A stretch of 64,000 nucleotides of DNA from Eledone cirrhosa (lineage: Eukaryota). The position numbers and the translations under genes are program-made. The stretch lies in NCBI GenBank assembly GCA_964016885.1, contig CAXHJY010000238.1, positions 1-64,000 on the forward strand, given 5' to 3'. This document shows positions 14,128 through 26,544 of this stretch, piece by piece (within the stretch, counting starts at the first letter, position 1; each line of letters begins with the position of its first letter). A model generated the notes under the pieces. That model saw only the letters and a list, made by a program, of their open reading frames with translations, did no database searches and had not been told where the DNA came from.

Positions 14128-14447
14128 TATCATCATCATCATCATTTTATGTCCGCGTTTTCCCTGCTTGCAAGGGTGGGACGGGAACTGATTCTGGCTT
14201 GATTTCTACAGCTGGATGCCCTTCCTAACACCAACCTCATCTACAGTGAGTGCTGGGTGCTTTTTTGCCTTGGCACCTCGACGACCACTTTGCAGTTGAA
14301 TGATAGGGACCCCAGTCCCTATCATCTCATTTCTACAGCTGAGTAAACTGGAGCAATGTGAAATAAAGTGTCTTGCTCAAGGAAACAACACATCACAACC
14401 TTTCGATTGCAGGGCCAATGCTCTAACCACTAAGCCATGTGCCTCCT
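14128..14447 (-). mobile_element. tRNA-derived SINE, family A
   Basis: Reverse complement of the head GGAGGCACATGGCTTAGTGGTTAGAGC, the body CCTTGAGCAAGACACTTTATTTCAC and the RTE-like tail with (GAT)n; internal deletion. Confidence 0.9.
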
Positions 14448-15469
14448 TATATATATATTTATATACATTATATATATATATAAAACCAAATTAAAAGATA
14501 TCTGTTTATATATAGAGAGAAAGGGCCACATATCGTAAGATATAGTCTATTGAGCTTACTTATTGAGAAACACAAAATTCTAAACATATCTGTTATGTTT
14601 TGATTCATGATTTGTATGTGTGTGTATATATATATATATATGATGGCTGCCCTCTCGTTATCGAGTATGGCCATAATAATAATTGTTTCTACTTTTGGCA
14701 CAAGGCCAGCTATTACCCCAGTGTATTACTGGTACTTTATTTTATCGACCCCGTAAGGATGAAAGGCAAAGTTAACCTCGGCGGAATGCGAGCTCACCAG
14801 GGTATATATATATATATATATGCGTGTGTGTGTGTGTGTGTTATGTATTTCCGTAGAAAAGGTAAAGGAATGAAGAGTGCTCTATGTATAGTACAAAGCT
14901 ATCTAATTAAATAATAAACAACACATAATTATTCCATTACAAAAGGTTTCAGGAAACTAGACGATCTTAACAGAAACGTCCAGGGCATACGTTAAGACGG
15001 GCGTTCCGGAAAGTGAAAGTAAATTTTTTGACAACACTGAATTTTTTTTTTTTTTTTTTTACAATGAAAGTTACGATACACACGCAATTGTATGGATTTC
15101 TTAATATATATATATGTGTGGGTGTGTATATGTGTGTATATATATATGTGTGTTTGTATATATATGTATCTGTATGTATATATATATGTGTTTGTATATA
15201 TATATATGTGTTTGTGTCATCATCATCGTTTAACGTCTATCTAAAGAAAAAATAATCACACACGCAATACTAATTAACACCATATCACTATAGACACCTG
15301 TTGTAAATAAACAAACAAATTCACAGTGTACACACATATACACACCCACACATATATATATATTAAGAAATCCATACAATTGCGTGTGTATCGTACAATT
15401 GCGTGTGTATCGTAACTTTCATTGTAAAAAAAAAAATTTTTTTAAATTCAGTGTTGTCAAAAAATTTAC

Positions 15470-15815
15470 TTTCACTTTCCGGAACGCCCGTCTTTACGTA
15501 TGCCTTCCTTCAATGCTACAATATTAAAGAAAATGTAAAGGAAGGGGTGAACAACGGAGCCAACACCAGAGCAAAAGACAGCAACGGTGTGAGGAGTACT
15601 GGGCAACCTGTCTAATGATTTTTTTAGGCAAGCCAGCACACTCGCAGCGTTGCCTCGGGTGATGGCGAGGCTGATGCGCTGAAACAGCCAAGCACCCTCG
15701 TGAGATTCGCCAGTTACCTCTATTAGGCGAGCCGCCAGTGAGGAAAGAAACCTCGCAGTCAGCGGCCCGACTCCCTCAAACGTCTCGGAACCCACAGGCT
15801 GAAAAATGTAGCTGG
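15470..15815 (-). mobile_element. CRE-like (RLE endonuclease) non-LTR retrotransposon 3' fragment
   Basis: FQPVGSETFEG...WLFQRISLAITRGNAASVL C-terminal motif. Confidence 0.75.
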
Positions 15816-16029
15816 CCGTTCCTTTGTAATGTTATTTATGTATATATTTAAAACATATTTGTTATGTTATTCTACTGTAAATGTATTTATATGCTCTATT
15901 TAGATTTGAAATTAAAAATGAAAGTGAGGCTGAATTAAAATAATGGAAAAACTACATGAAAAACACAATCAGATATACATTAATGTACATATACATAAAA
16001 ATAAAAAATTAAAATATACATACACACAT

Positions 16030-16117
<88 letters not shown>

Positions 16118-16202
16118 TATTACATAATAATAATAATTAAGCTCTGTTGCCTACATAGAGCACTCTTTTTTCCTCGACTTTTCCGACGGAATTACTTCAT
16201 TT

Positions 16203-16240
<38 letters not shown>

Positions 16241-16440
16241 AGAATTATACATACAAACACATATATATATACTCTTTTACCTGTTTCAGCCATCCGGCTG
16301 AGGCCATGCTGGGGCACCGCATATATATGTGTGTGTTTGTATGTATAATTATGTTTATATATATAGATATATATATATAAACAGAATTATACATACAAAC
16401 ACACACACACATATATATATAAACAGAATTATACATACAA

Positions 16441-16498
<58 letters not shown>

Positions 16499-16797
16499 CA
16501 GAATTATACATACAAACACACATACATATATATACACACACACATATAAACAATGAGTTATTTGTTTTGTTGATTATTCAAGAAAGTTAATTTATAACAG
16601 ATTAGAAGCACTCAACAGTTTTTCTTCTGGAGTATAATATCAAAAATATTAATAAATGGAAAATATATTTATAAAACCATATTTATTTTATTATATATAT
16701 TTCAAGGGTACCAGTATTTTGGTACGCTGACGAATTCCAGTATTGGCAGAATTGAACTATCAAGACCGTTCAGATATGTCACACATCAATTCATGTA

Positions 16798-16859
16798 TTT
16801 TATCTGATGAGGACGTACTGAAAAAACAGCACAGTACCTTCGAAATATATATAATAAAA
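16798..16859 (+). ncRNA. Minimal type I hammerhead ribozyme
   Basis: Stem I TTTTAT/ATAAAA, core CTGATGA, stem II GGACGTACTG...CAGTACCTTC, GAAA, short palindromic stem III, AUA cleavage triplet. Confidence 0.7.
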
Positions 16860-17115
16860 CATATATTTTGATTATGTGAATGTCTTCATTTATTAATATT
16901 TTGAATTAATATTAATAACTCCAGAAAACTTCTTTGTAGAGTGCTTTTAATCTATTGTAAAACTATATTCTGAGTAATCAATGAACCATATTAATCTTTG
17001 GTTATATATATATATTTATATAGATATAGATACTATTGCTTTATATATATATATATATATATATTTATTTCGCCCTCACTTCTCAACAATGCTCGACCTA
17101 TATATTTATATATAT

Positions 17116-17170
<55 letters not shown>

Positions 17171-17257
17171 TATATATATGTGTGTAGAAGGTGAGTTTTA
17201 TTGTAACACAATAAAGGAATAGTATCTATATCTATATAAATATATATATAACCAAAG

Positions 17258-17301
<44 letters not shown>

Positions 17302-17450
17302 ATTTATATTTATATATATATATATATATATATATGGAAAGTTATATTTAAAATTGTTGGGTTACAACTAGTAAATATTTATAACTGGTATAAAAGCACT
17401 CGACAAATATTTGGAGTATATTTACAATATTGTAATAATTTACGATATTG

Positions 17451-17483
<33 letters not shown>

Positions 17484-17642
17484 GTAGGAGGTGAGTTTTA
17501 TTGTAGTACAATAAAGCAATGCAGATATCGGATAAGATCTTTTGATCTTATATATTTATATTTATATATATATTTATATATATATTAATGGTTGCATTTA
17601 ATAGGGTACGTCAAAATTATTTATAAAACTGTTTATATATTG

Positions 17643-17707
17643 TATTTTATCTGATGAAGGCATACCATATTTTAATTTGGTATCCCTGAAATATGTATAA
17701 TGAAATA
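17643..17707 (+). ncRNA. Minimal type I hammerhead ribozyme (second copy)
   Basis: Stem I TATTTTAT/ATGAAATA, CTGATGA, stem II AGGCATACCA...TGGTATCCCT, GAAA-TATGT-ATA. Confidence 0.7.
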
Positions 17708-17870
17708 AATATGGTTTTATAAATATAGTTTCCATTTATTTTATATCGTATATATATATATATATTTATATATGTAGGAGGTGAGTTTTATTGTAGTACA
17801 ATAAAGCAATGGATAAGATCTTTTGATCTTATATATTATATTTATATATATATATATTTATATATATATT

Positions 17871-17922
<52 letters not shown>

Positions 17923-17932
17923 TATATATATA

Positions 17933-17981
<49 letters not shown>

Positions 17982-19173
17982 ATATATAAATTTCGCTACA
18001 TATATATATATACGATAGATATACATACATACATTTTCGTAACATCGCCAATTTGAAGAGTAGATCAGTAGTAGAGTCGGGTCCATCTCTCTCCCTATAT
18101 ATATATATATTATATAAGTAACGAAGATCGCTGGTATTAAGTCAACGTACTCCGACCAACAGCTAGATCAATATATATATATATAGGAACAAGTATGACT
18201 CCGACGGCAGAGCTCAAGCCGTTTCGACGGCTATATCTGAACTGAAATAGTCCAGAAATAGCCGTTGAAACGGCTTGAGCTCTGCCGTCGGGGTCATACT
18301 TGTTCCTATTACCCACTCTACTACACTAAGTATTGAGTACTTTGGTGCGTTATGGTCCACCTGGTTCCTTACCACAATTCCTTCGTTATATATATATATA
18401 TATATATAAGTATTGAAGTTTCCGTTGAAAAATGAAAAAGTCATAGGAGTATATATATATATATAAATGAAAGTATATAAATTATTGTGAGCGTGAAGCC
18501 AACAGTATTTCATTTGTGCCTAAAGTAGAAACAAGTATTTCATAATATATATATATAGAGAGAGAGAGATAATGTTTTTTTCCGTTTGAAAACCAGTTTT
18601 CTCAAATATATAACTATCTGCCACTCTACTAATAATAATAATCCCACAATAAAGACTATGATTCACACATAACAAGGACACTTGTTAGTTAAATGTTCAA
18701 CCACCTCCAGGCTATATAACAGCATAACTACAGTTTACCATTTTACCCTCAAGCTTTGATTCATCATAACTTTCTTAATCTGTTTTTTCTCTTGAAATTT
18801 TGAAAATATATGTTTTCGAAAGTATACATTATGATTATATTGATGAAATTTCCAATTTCTAATTGTAGAAATCATATTCCGATTCGTTAAAAATCTGTGA
18901 CATTATCCTAATTAATATTATTCATTAAAAACGTAAAATTGAAAGGAATGCTGAAAATAATTTCCGATTGTTTCGGTTAGCTTATAAAAATCGAAATTAT
19001 TCCGAAATAGATGCATTAAAGAATGAAACTATAAACTATAGTATAGTTCCCTCCTATTCCAAGTAATGGTTAATACACTTTCACTTTCGAGTGTGTTGAG
19101 GGAGAAAGGTAAACCACTAAACTGTAGTTATACCGTTATAAATATTTCCAACATCACCAACTGATTTACTAAC

Positions 19174-19300
19174 CTGGGATTTGAACTAAAACTTCCTTTC
19201 TGAAGGTTTCAGTATTCATAAGGGAAAATGAAAGGATCGTACGGTAAAATGTGTGCGAACAGCCACCAACAAAGACAGTCGGGTTGGAATGGCGAACCAT
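19174..19300 (-). CDS. Possible first exon of an unidentified minus-strand gene (MVRHSNPTVFVGGCSHTFYRTILSFSLMNTETFRKEVLVQIP)
   Basis: Open from ATG to a good donor CAG|GTTAGT in apparently unique, CpG-richer sequence; no downstream exon found and no homology recognised. Confidence 0.3.
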
Positions 19301-19849
19301 TTGGTTCCACAGGTTGACGTAGTCTCTATTATAAGACGGTGTCAACTAGAGATTTACCCCCCTAAAAATATAGATTTCTCACAAAGGCCTAACAATAGAG
19401 ATAGTCGATTACTAAAATCGATCTTTAGTTATTTGACTAATATCTATTTAATCAACTCAGTGGAATGTGAAAGACTACGGGAAATAACACAAGTATCTCA
19501 AATTTGTATTTCCTAAAATATCATTTTGGTGAAAATATCATCGTTTATATTTAATTTGAAATTCAAGCATAATCCTATTTCCCAAGAATTGTAAGATAAA
19601 AAGACTTTCGGAATAAACACCACACATAACTTTTTATCCAAAAACTTCTTCAGATTTCAATATTTTAAACATGAAAAATTATGATTCTGCAAAAACAATT
19701 TTTTTTTCTGTTAGATCTTTAATTTCATTATTAAATTAAACATTTCTTTGCCCCTTCTCTCGTTTATTTTTTAATTTTCAATTTTTCCGATTTTCCTCAT
19801 CTTTTAAGCATAGGAAATTATAATTCTACAAAATTAATTTCAAAATTAC

Positions 19850-20460
19850 AATCTCCCCCTCTCTTTTGTGAGTCTCCTCTCACCTCTCTTGTATGTAGTG
19901 ATTCTTGAGCCATTCCTACTCAACTTAGAGGCAGTGAGGTGCATTATGTGTGAACTACAATATAGGAGATCAATGGCATTATATATCAAGTCATCACAGG
20001 GGTGGCGAGAACCAATGTGTGATGGACGCTGCTGTAAAGAAGTAGACAGTTGGTGAGTCTGTGGTTCAGGACCTTCACAGGCATGTTCATGCCATCCAAC
20101 AGTGTTGTTAGGCATAGGACAGACAGGTGGGTTAAGTTGTTCAGGGTATAGTTCAGTCCAGATCTCCAGGTGAACAAAAACTGATACAAGGTAACAAGCA
20201 GAGTGGTCACTCTCACCCAGAAATGAGGGTGTGGTACAGTCCAGATCTCCTGGTGAACAAAAACTGATACAAGATAACAAGCAGAGTGGCCACTTCCTCT
20301 CAAAATTGAGCCATGAAGAAACAATCCCTGAAAAGTCATATACTACCAACTGGCTGACCATTGTGGCTTGCCTTGGTCCACATATCGCTGCACTGGAGCA
20401 TCTGGCTTTTTGCTTTTTGTGGAAGGAGCGCATTCTAGTGGTCATGCAGTTCATCTGCTG
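19850..20460 (+). mobile_element. Highly decayed L1/Tx1-like RT fragment
   Basis: LSPLLYVVILEPFL resembles the GCPLSPLLY..LEP RT motif; internal ~83-bp duplication at 20155/20238. Confidence 0.4.
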
Positions 20461-20467
20461 TGTATAC

Positions 20468-20767
20468 CAATGGTCGCCAACCTTTCAGACCTCACAGACC
20501 ACTAATATGAATTAATGGTCAATGGTTGAGACAATACTGAAGTGTACCTGTGTCATATTGTCAATAGATGATACATATGTGTTAAAATTCTATCATGGAT
20601 GTTAGTTCTTTACTGAAGAGAAACATTTTTCGCAGTGTTATAAAATATATTTTAACCGAATATTATTTTTGTTTTATTAATGATAAATCATAAAAATTGC
20701 AAATAATGTTCACATTTTTCTGCAGACCACCAAAACTTTCTCTCAGATCACCGGTTGGCAACTGCTG
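20468..20767. mobile_element. hAT-like MITE
   Basis: Termini CAATGGTCGCCAACC ... GGTTGGCAACTGCTG form imperfect TIRs. Confidence 0.55.
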
Positions 20768-21439
20768 GTGTAAAGGACTGGGTACACTATGACATATGCT
20801 CAGACTGCAACAGCTTTGGTGTTTCCTCGACAGTCAACAGATGTGGTCATTGTTTGTCAAACATGTGTCTCCCCCAGTTCATCTCCTTCACAGAACTGCA
20901 GTCCTTCGCAACTGAAATGTTGTCAGGCTCTCCTAGCCTTCATCCTGTTGAGAATTATGATCATTGGAAAATCTAATGGCAAAAAAAAAGTAACCACATT
21001 CTTAGTGAAACTATATATATAATTCATTCTTGTTTTGTATTTCTTCTTTACATTCATGAAAAGTGGAGAGATGTTGTACTGAAAAGGACCCATCCAACCC
21101 ATGCAAGCTTGGAAAAACAGACGTAAAAACAACAAGGATTTACTTTCAGAAAATGAAGTGAGATGACAAGAAGGTGCTGTGGAGTGTACAGGAATTCTGA
21201 AAAGAGTCTTGTGTGTTTCCTAAAGAAATAAATTTACATAAATTATCCCAAAATTAACAATTTGCAGAAAGAAGGTAATTAGAGACAGAAAAAAAAATAT
21301 ATAAAAAAGATGTGAGAAGGAGTAAAAGAATTGTTGACTTTGTTGTTTCAAATGATGCATCTGTAGTGAAATCTATCCACACACTGACCCTCGAATGACA
21401 CCTTGCTATCATTTTCTAAGTTTACCTCTTGCATTAGGG

Positions 21440-21545
21440 TAAAATCAGATGACCTTTTCCCATCAACCCTGAACAATCCAGCTGGATCCAGAATTGAGAG
21501 GCTATAGAGTTCAGCCAGGGCTTGCTTGATTATTAAATAAATCAA
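21440..21545 (-). mobile_element. CRE-like fragment
   Basis: IIKQALAE...LDPAGLFRVDGKR resembles the EPxGLxRxDGKRPD motif. Confidence 0.5.
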
Positions 21546-21738
21546 AACATTTTTGTATATATCTTCAATGAGAATTTAGGGTTCCCAAGATGGAAAATTT
21601 ATCATATTTCAACACCTTCATAACCGAAAGAAGAAGTATTCTAGATAAAAATGAAAATATGATCAAATCGAGAGATAAACTAACAATATTACATAATATC
21701 AATATGATCAAATTTAGAAATATACTAACTATATTACA

Positions 21739-22176
21739 CAGAAGCATAACTAGAGAAAATAGTGCCTATGGCAAGCAGTGAAATTGTGCCCCTGCCTAGC
21801 ACTGTATTTTTACCTTTGGGCCTAATATTAAAGGGAGAGATCTGTGTAATACTGATCTAAGACAAATATTAAAACCCTATTAAAATATTTGACAAGTCAT
21901 ACTATGAGGTATGCTTCTGTGATCATGTAGTTCCCAGCACTGTATTTTTACCTATGGAGGCCTAATAATTTATATAAATGGTTTAATGATCCAGCCACCG
22001 TAGTGTTCTCACCCATGATAATAAGAAACAGATCATACATCTGAAGGAGTTTTTTTTTTCACTCTCTGGCAAGGCTTATTTGACTTTAATAGAACGTGCT
22101 CCTAATCCCAGTGGCGTCCCCTTCATGTGGCACCAATGGCACATGTCATGCTTGTCATACCCTAGTTATGCCTTTG
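21739..22176. mobile_element. hAT-like MITE (related copies at ~9480-9730 and reversed at ~44510-45590)
   Basis: Termini CAGAAGCATAACTAG / CTAGTTATGCCTTTG; body shared among three loci. Confidence 0.7.
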
Positions 22177-22276
22177 ATATTACAAAATAAAAATATGAAT
22201 TTGGAAAGCTAGAGATAGTAACAATAAAATGTTTCCTTTAGTAAGTAAAACTGATATAAGATAACTCCTATTCTAG

Positions 22277-22471
22277 TTAACCCTTTAGCATTTAAACCAG
22301 CTGGATCCAGCCAAATGTCCCTCACCTCTTTCTGTTCAAATACTGGTGTTAAGGTATTGTTCTCAAAATGCATAATATCAAAATCTCATATATTTGATAT
22401 TATGTGAGGTAAAGCCTTTACCGTGAAAATACAATAGTATATATAAAGTAGCATAAATATTAAAGGGTTAA
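22277..22471. mobile_element. piggyBac-type MITE
   Basis: TTAA-CCCTTTAGCATTT ... AAATATTAAAGGG-TTAA. Confidence 0.8.
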
Positions 22472-23206
22472 AGTGAAAGTACATTGTTTAGTGGTTAGAG
22501 CATTGAGTTCACAATTGTAAGATTGTGTTCGAGTCCCAGACCAGGCAGTGGGTTGTATTCTTGAGCAACACACTTTATTTCAAGTTGTTCCAGTTTACTC
22601 AGATGTAGTCGTGATGTCACTGGTACCAAGCTGTAATGACCATTGCCTTTCCCTTGGACAACATTGGTGGCATGGAGAGGGGAGACTGGTATGCATAGGT
22701 GACTGCTGGTTTGACAAACACTCCTGAGCCAGGCTTGTGCCTCAGAGGGGAATTTTCCAGACACAAAACCATGGTCATTTATGACCGAAGGAGGCCTACA
22801 ATGATCCTAGCTAGACATTTGACAACTCCAAAACAGAAATTGAGTTTTTATTTTCCATCATTAAATGTAGAATAATATGACTGGATTAAAAACTCCAGAA
22901 TTGTGTTAAGAGTACACATACTTTTGGAATACTCAACCACCTAAATGTTCAACTCTGATATTGCGCAAAAGAGGAAGGTGAGATTTGCAGGCCATTACCA
23001 TCACACCTTAATGAAGCTGTGTCTCCTTTAAAACTTTGGAAATCAACACTGTGAAAAAAACCAAACAAGTCGCAAACTCTCCTATGCCGGTGTCATATCA
23101 GAGACTTTGGTATTGATGTTTGGGATCTAGGTAATGTAATGAGTTACAGACCTACATGGAGATCTGTTGTTGAGTCTATTGTGGTTGAGGCTACAGGATG
23201 ATGGTA

Positions 23207-23350
23207 CAGGTAAAATTCCGTAATAACGAATTTTTCGGTATAACGAAATTTCTTTTCACTCCCCGAGGTCGATCTTATTATAAAAAAATTTTCATTACAA
23301 CAAATTTCTTTTTATACCTCGTGAATTTCGTTATAACGAAATTTCACTGT
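23207..23350. mobile_element. Short Tigger/pogo-like MITE
   Basis: TA-CAGGTAAAATTCCGTAATAACGAA ... TTCGTTATAACGAAATTTCACTG-TA. Confidence 0.65.
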
Positions 23351-25267
23351 ATATCTGCTTGTCCCTTTTTTCATCCCTCTCTCTTCAGCAATGTAATGAG
23401 TGACAAGCCTATGTGGGGGTCTGTCATTGAGTCTTTTCCAGCTGAGGTTGCAGGATAATGGGGAAATGTTAATTTAACAAGTCACTTATTTAACCAATCA
23501 ACTGGAACATTATCATGGAAATTAATTGATTTCCATTTCCATATATCTTCATAAAACAATAAGAAACATCATTCTACAAAGACTTTATGATATAGCATAG
23601 ATGGATATAATAATCTATTTATATCTGTAGCAGAAATTTAAACCTTTGTTCTGATGTTAGAAGGCAGTGAATTGGCAGAGTTGTTAGAATGTCTGATAGA
23701 ATGCTTTGTAGTATTCATTTCGGCTGTCTGAGTTCAAATCCTGCTGAGGTCAACTTTGCCTGGTTGATAAAAAAAGTACCAGTCAAGTGCTGGGGTCGAT
23801 TCTTCCTCTATATCTCTTTCTCACTTCCTTTCTCTCTCTCTATCCTTCTCTGGAAGAAATCTACTGTATTAAGACATGGAGAGGAGATGGGCTCCACCAG
23901 GTTTAAAAAATGCCCTAGAAGCGCCATATGTCAATATAACACCCCTACGACTCCTCAGGAGTTACAGGTCTATACCATCTGATGTTAGCAAAGTAGGTCA
24001 GTGTAACCACAAGTGCTAACCTTTGGGTAACATGTTGCTCATTTTCTTTTGTTTCAAAATCTGTTATCCCCCGGTCTGGAGAAGGGAGTCATTTGCAGTT
24101 CCTCAGAGATTAACTAGCTTCTACACACTTTCTGTTCTTGTCTCTCAAAGGAGACATCACACAGGAATTGTTCTAGTAAGTAGAGAGATGTAGCACTTAG
24201 CCAAATATTCCAGCCCACCACGACAAGGGCCCAACAGCATTTCTTCCATTGGCACTTCAACAACACTCAGTCCTCTGCCCTTTCTCCCAGACAGCACAGT
24301 TTCCTTGCCACTGCAAGTTTACTACTACCTCTGCTGGTACATACTGTCTGACTACAACTTGTTACTTTTTAAGGGAATATCCTATGGTAAACAAAGAAAC
24401 TCTAACACAACACAGAAGCTTTCTTGAACACTATATTTATTTGTGAATATTATAATCAAACTTTAAATTTACAATTCAAAGTAATCATATTTTTGCTGAA
24501 GTGAAGTAAAGTTATATATCTAACCAGAATTATTAGTGTTTGTTGTTTATCTCTTCCACAACAACCAAAACATATCCACCCATGTTATATTATGCCCTGG
24601 CGGTTATAATGTTGTAGATTCCATTCCTGGGTTGTGTGTTGAGCAGAACACTTAATTTCATGTTGTTCCGGTATATCCAGTTGAATATGAATACAAGCAA
24701 TAACTGGGGGTTTAGTCCTGTAATGGACTGGTGTCCTGCCCAAAGAGAAGTCGTCTACTCTCAGTCACTTAACACTGAGGAAACTGGGATATGCACCTAC
24801 CTAATGAGTCTCTGGGCTTCAGACAAACTTTAGACTTTATATTATGATGAAGGGTCAGTCCCAAAACACCACCTTCTGCCTCCCCCACATCTATCAATAT
24901 GAAAATGTTAAAGTTGTCTTCTTATCTTCCTGAAAGGATCATGGAGGCAGAGTCCTCAAGCACAACTTATATCAGGTCCTGTCATAACTGTCTCCAATTG
25001 ATTGAACTATATCCCCAGTAAGGCTCCAGAACTGAAGGGATATTTACACAAGCTAGGACCCACTCGATGATTATTATTTAATCATAAAATCGATATATTC
25101 TATAACATAAAAATTTCCATTGATTTGTTTCTTTTGAAAATTATATTCATTATATAAATTATATTTGTATATCAATAAAATTAGATGCATGTGGAATTGT
25201 TAGATCAAATTTCTTTGCATCTTAAAATGGATAAACTAAATATTTTGATACTTAAAATTGCTAGAAA

Positions 25268-25840
25268 TAATTGTTTCTTCTTTTGGCACAAGGCCAGAAA
25301 TTTATCCAGTACATTACTGGTACTTTATTTCATCGACCCCGTAAGGATGAAAGGCAAAGTTAACCTCGGCGGGATTTGAACTCAGAATGGAAAGGGCCGT
25401 AACTCCATGCGTCAAAGCATGGCGTCCGACCTTTTACTGATACTGCCAATCCACCGCCCTTGCTATAAATAATTGTTTCTACTTTTGGCACAAGGCCAGC
25501 AATAACCCAGTAAATTACTGGTACTTTATTTTAGCGACCCCGTAAGGCTGAAAGGCAAAGTTAACCTCGGCGGGATTTGAACTCAGAATGGCAAGGGCCG
25601 TAACTCTATGCTGGAAAGCATGGCGTCCGACCCTCTACCGATACTGCCAGAATATAAATAATTGTTTCTACTTTTGGCACAAGGCCAGCAATTAACCAGT
25701 ACATTACTGGTACTTTATTTTATCGACCCCGTAAGGATGAAAGGCAAAGTTAACCTCGGCGGGATTTGAACTCAGAATGGCAAGGGCTGTAACTCTATGC
25801 GTCAAAGCATGGCGTCCAACCCTCTACCGATACTGCCACC
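25268..25840 (-). mobile_element. Three head-to-tail SINE family B (Nin-domain-like) copies
   Basis: Each carries the reverse complement of GAGTTCAAATCCCGCCGAGGTTAACTTTGCCTTTCATCCTTACGGGGTCGATAAAATAAAGTACCAG; a fourth diverged copy lies at ~26145-26345. Confidence 0.9.
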
Positions 25841-25924
25841 AAGACAAATTCTTTTGTCTGGTCTTCCTTCCTTCTTTCCTCCCTTCTTTCTCACTTTCTT
25901 TCTTTTTTCTTTCATTTTCCTCTC

Positions 25925-26135
25925 TTTCTCCCCCCCCCCCCCCCCTCTCACAACCCCCCTCTCTCACAGCCACCCCTCTCACAACCCCCCTCTCACACAG
26001 CCACCCCCTCTCACACAGCCACCCCTCTCACACAGCCACCCCTCTTACAGCCTCCGTCTCTCTCACAGCCTTCCCCTCTCTCTCACAGCCCCCTGCCCCT
26101 CTCTCACAGCCCCCCTCTCACCCCTCACCCCCCAC
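25925..26135. repeat. C-rich degenerate minisatellite (CTCTCACACAGCCACCCC-like) upstream of EMC4
   Basis: About 10 imperfect ~18-bp units. Confidence 0.85.
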
Positions 26136-26544
26136 TTGATAAATAATGGTTTCTGATTTAGGCACAAGACAGCAATTTCAAGGGGAAGGGAAAAATCGAT
26201 TAAGTCGACACAAGTGCATTACTGGTACTTTATTTTATCGACCTCGTAAAGATGAAAGGCAAAGCTAAACTCGGCGGGATTTGAACTCAGAACGTAAAGG
26301 GCTGTAACTATATGCTGCAAAGAATTGTGTCTGACGCTCTACCAGTACTTTCACTTTAATGTAACGCGCAAATAGGACTATAGCTGTTGCTGGACGTGTC
26401 CTTCCTCCTTTAAGGTAGTAGAGTGTGATTTGAGTGAAGTATGACTGCGAAATCTTGCAATGAGTGTGATTTATAGGCAGACAAGAGTTACACAACTTGA
26501 AATTGTGTAAGTCTTTTGTGTGTAAGTTAATTTTAGAGTTAGTG

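Larger units (their letters stand above)
16010..18560. repeat. Dense (TA)n microsatellite field with embedded short repeats
   Basis: Many (TA)n tracts; ~45-bp AACAGAATTATACATACAAACAC units at 16238-16530. Confidence 0.9.

Noticed and set aside
15943-18056. YIYIYI-type ORFs
   Set aside because: Translation of (TA)n microsatellites
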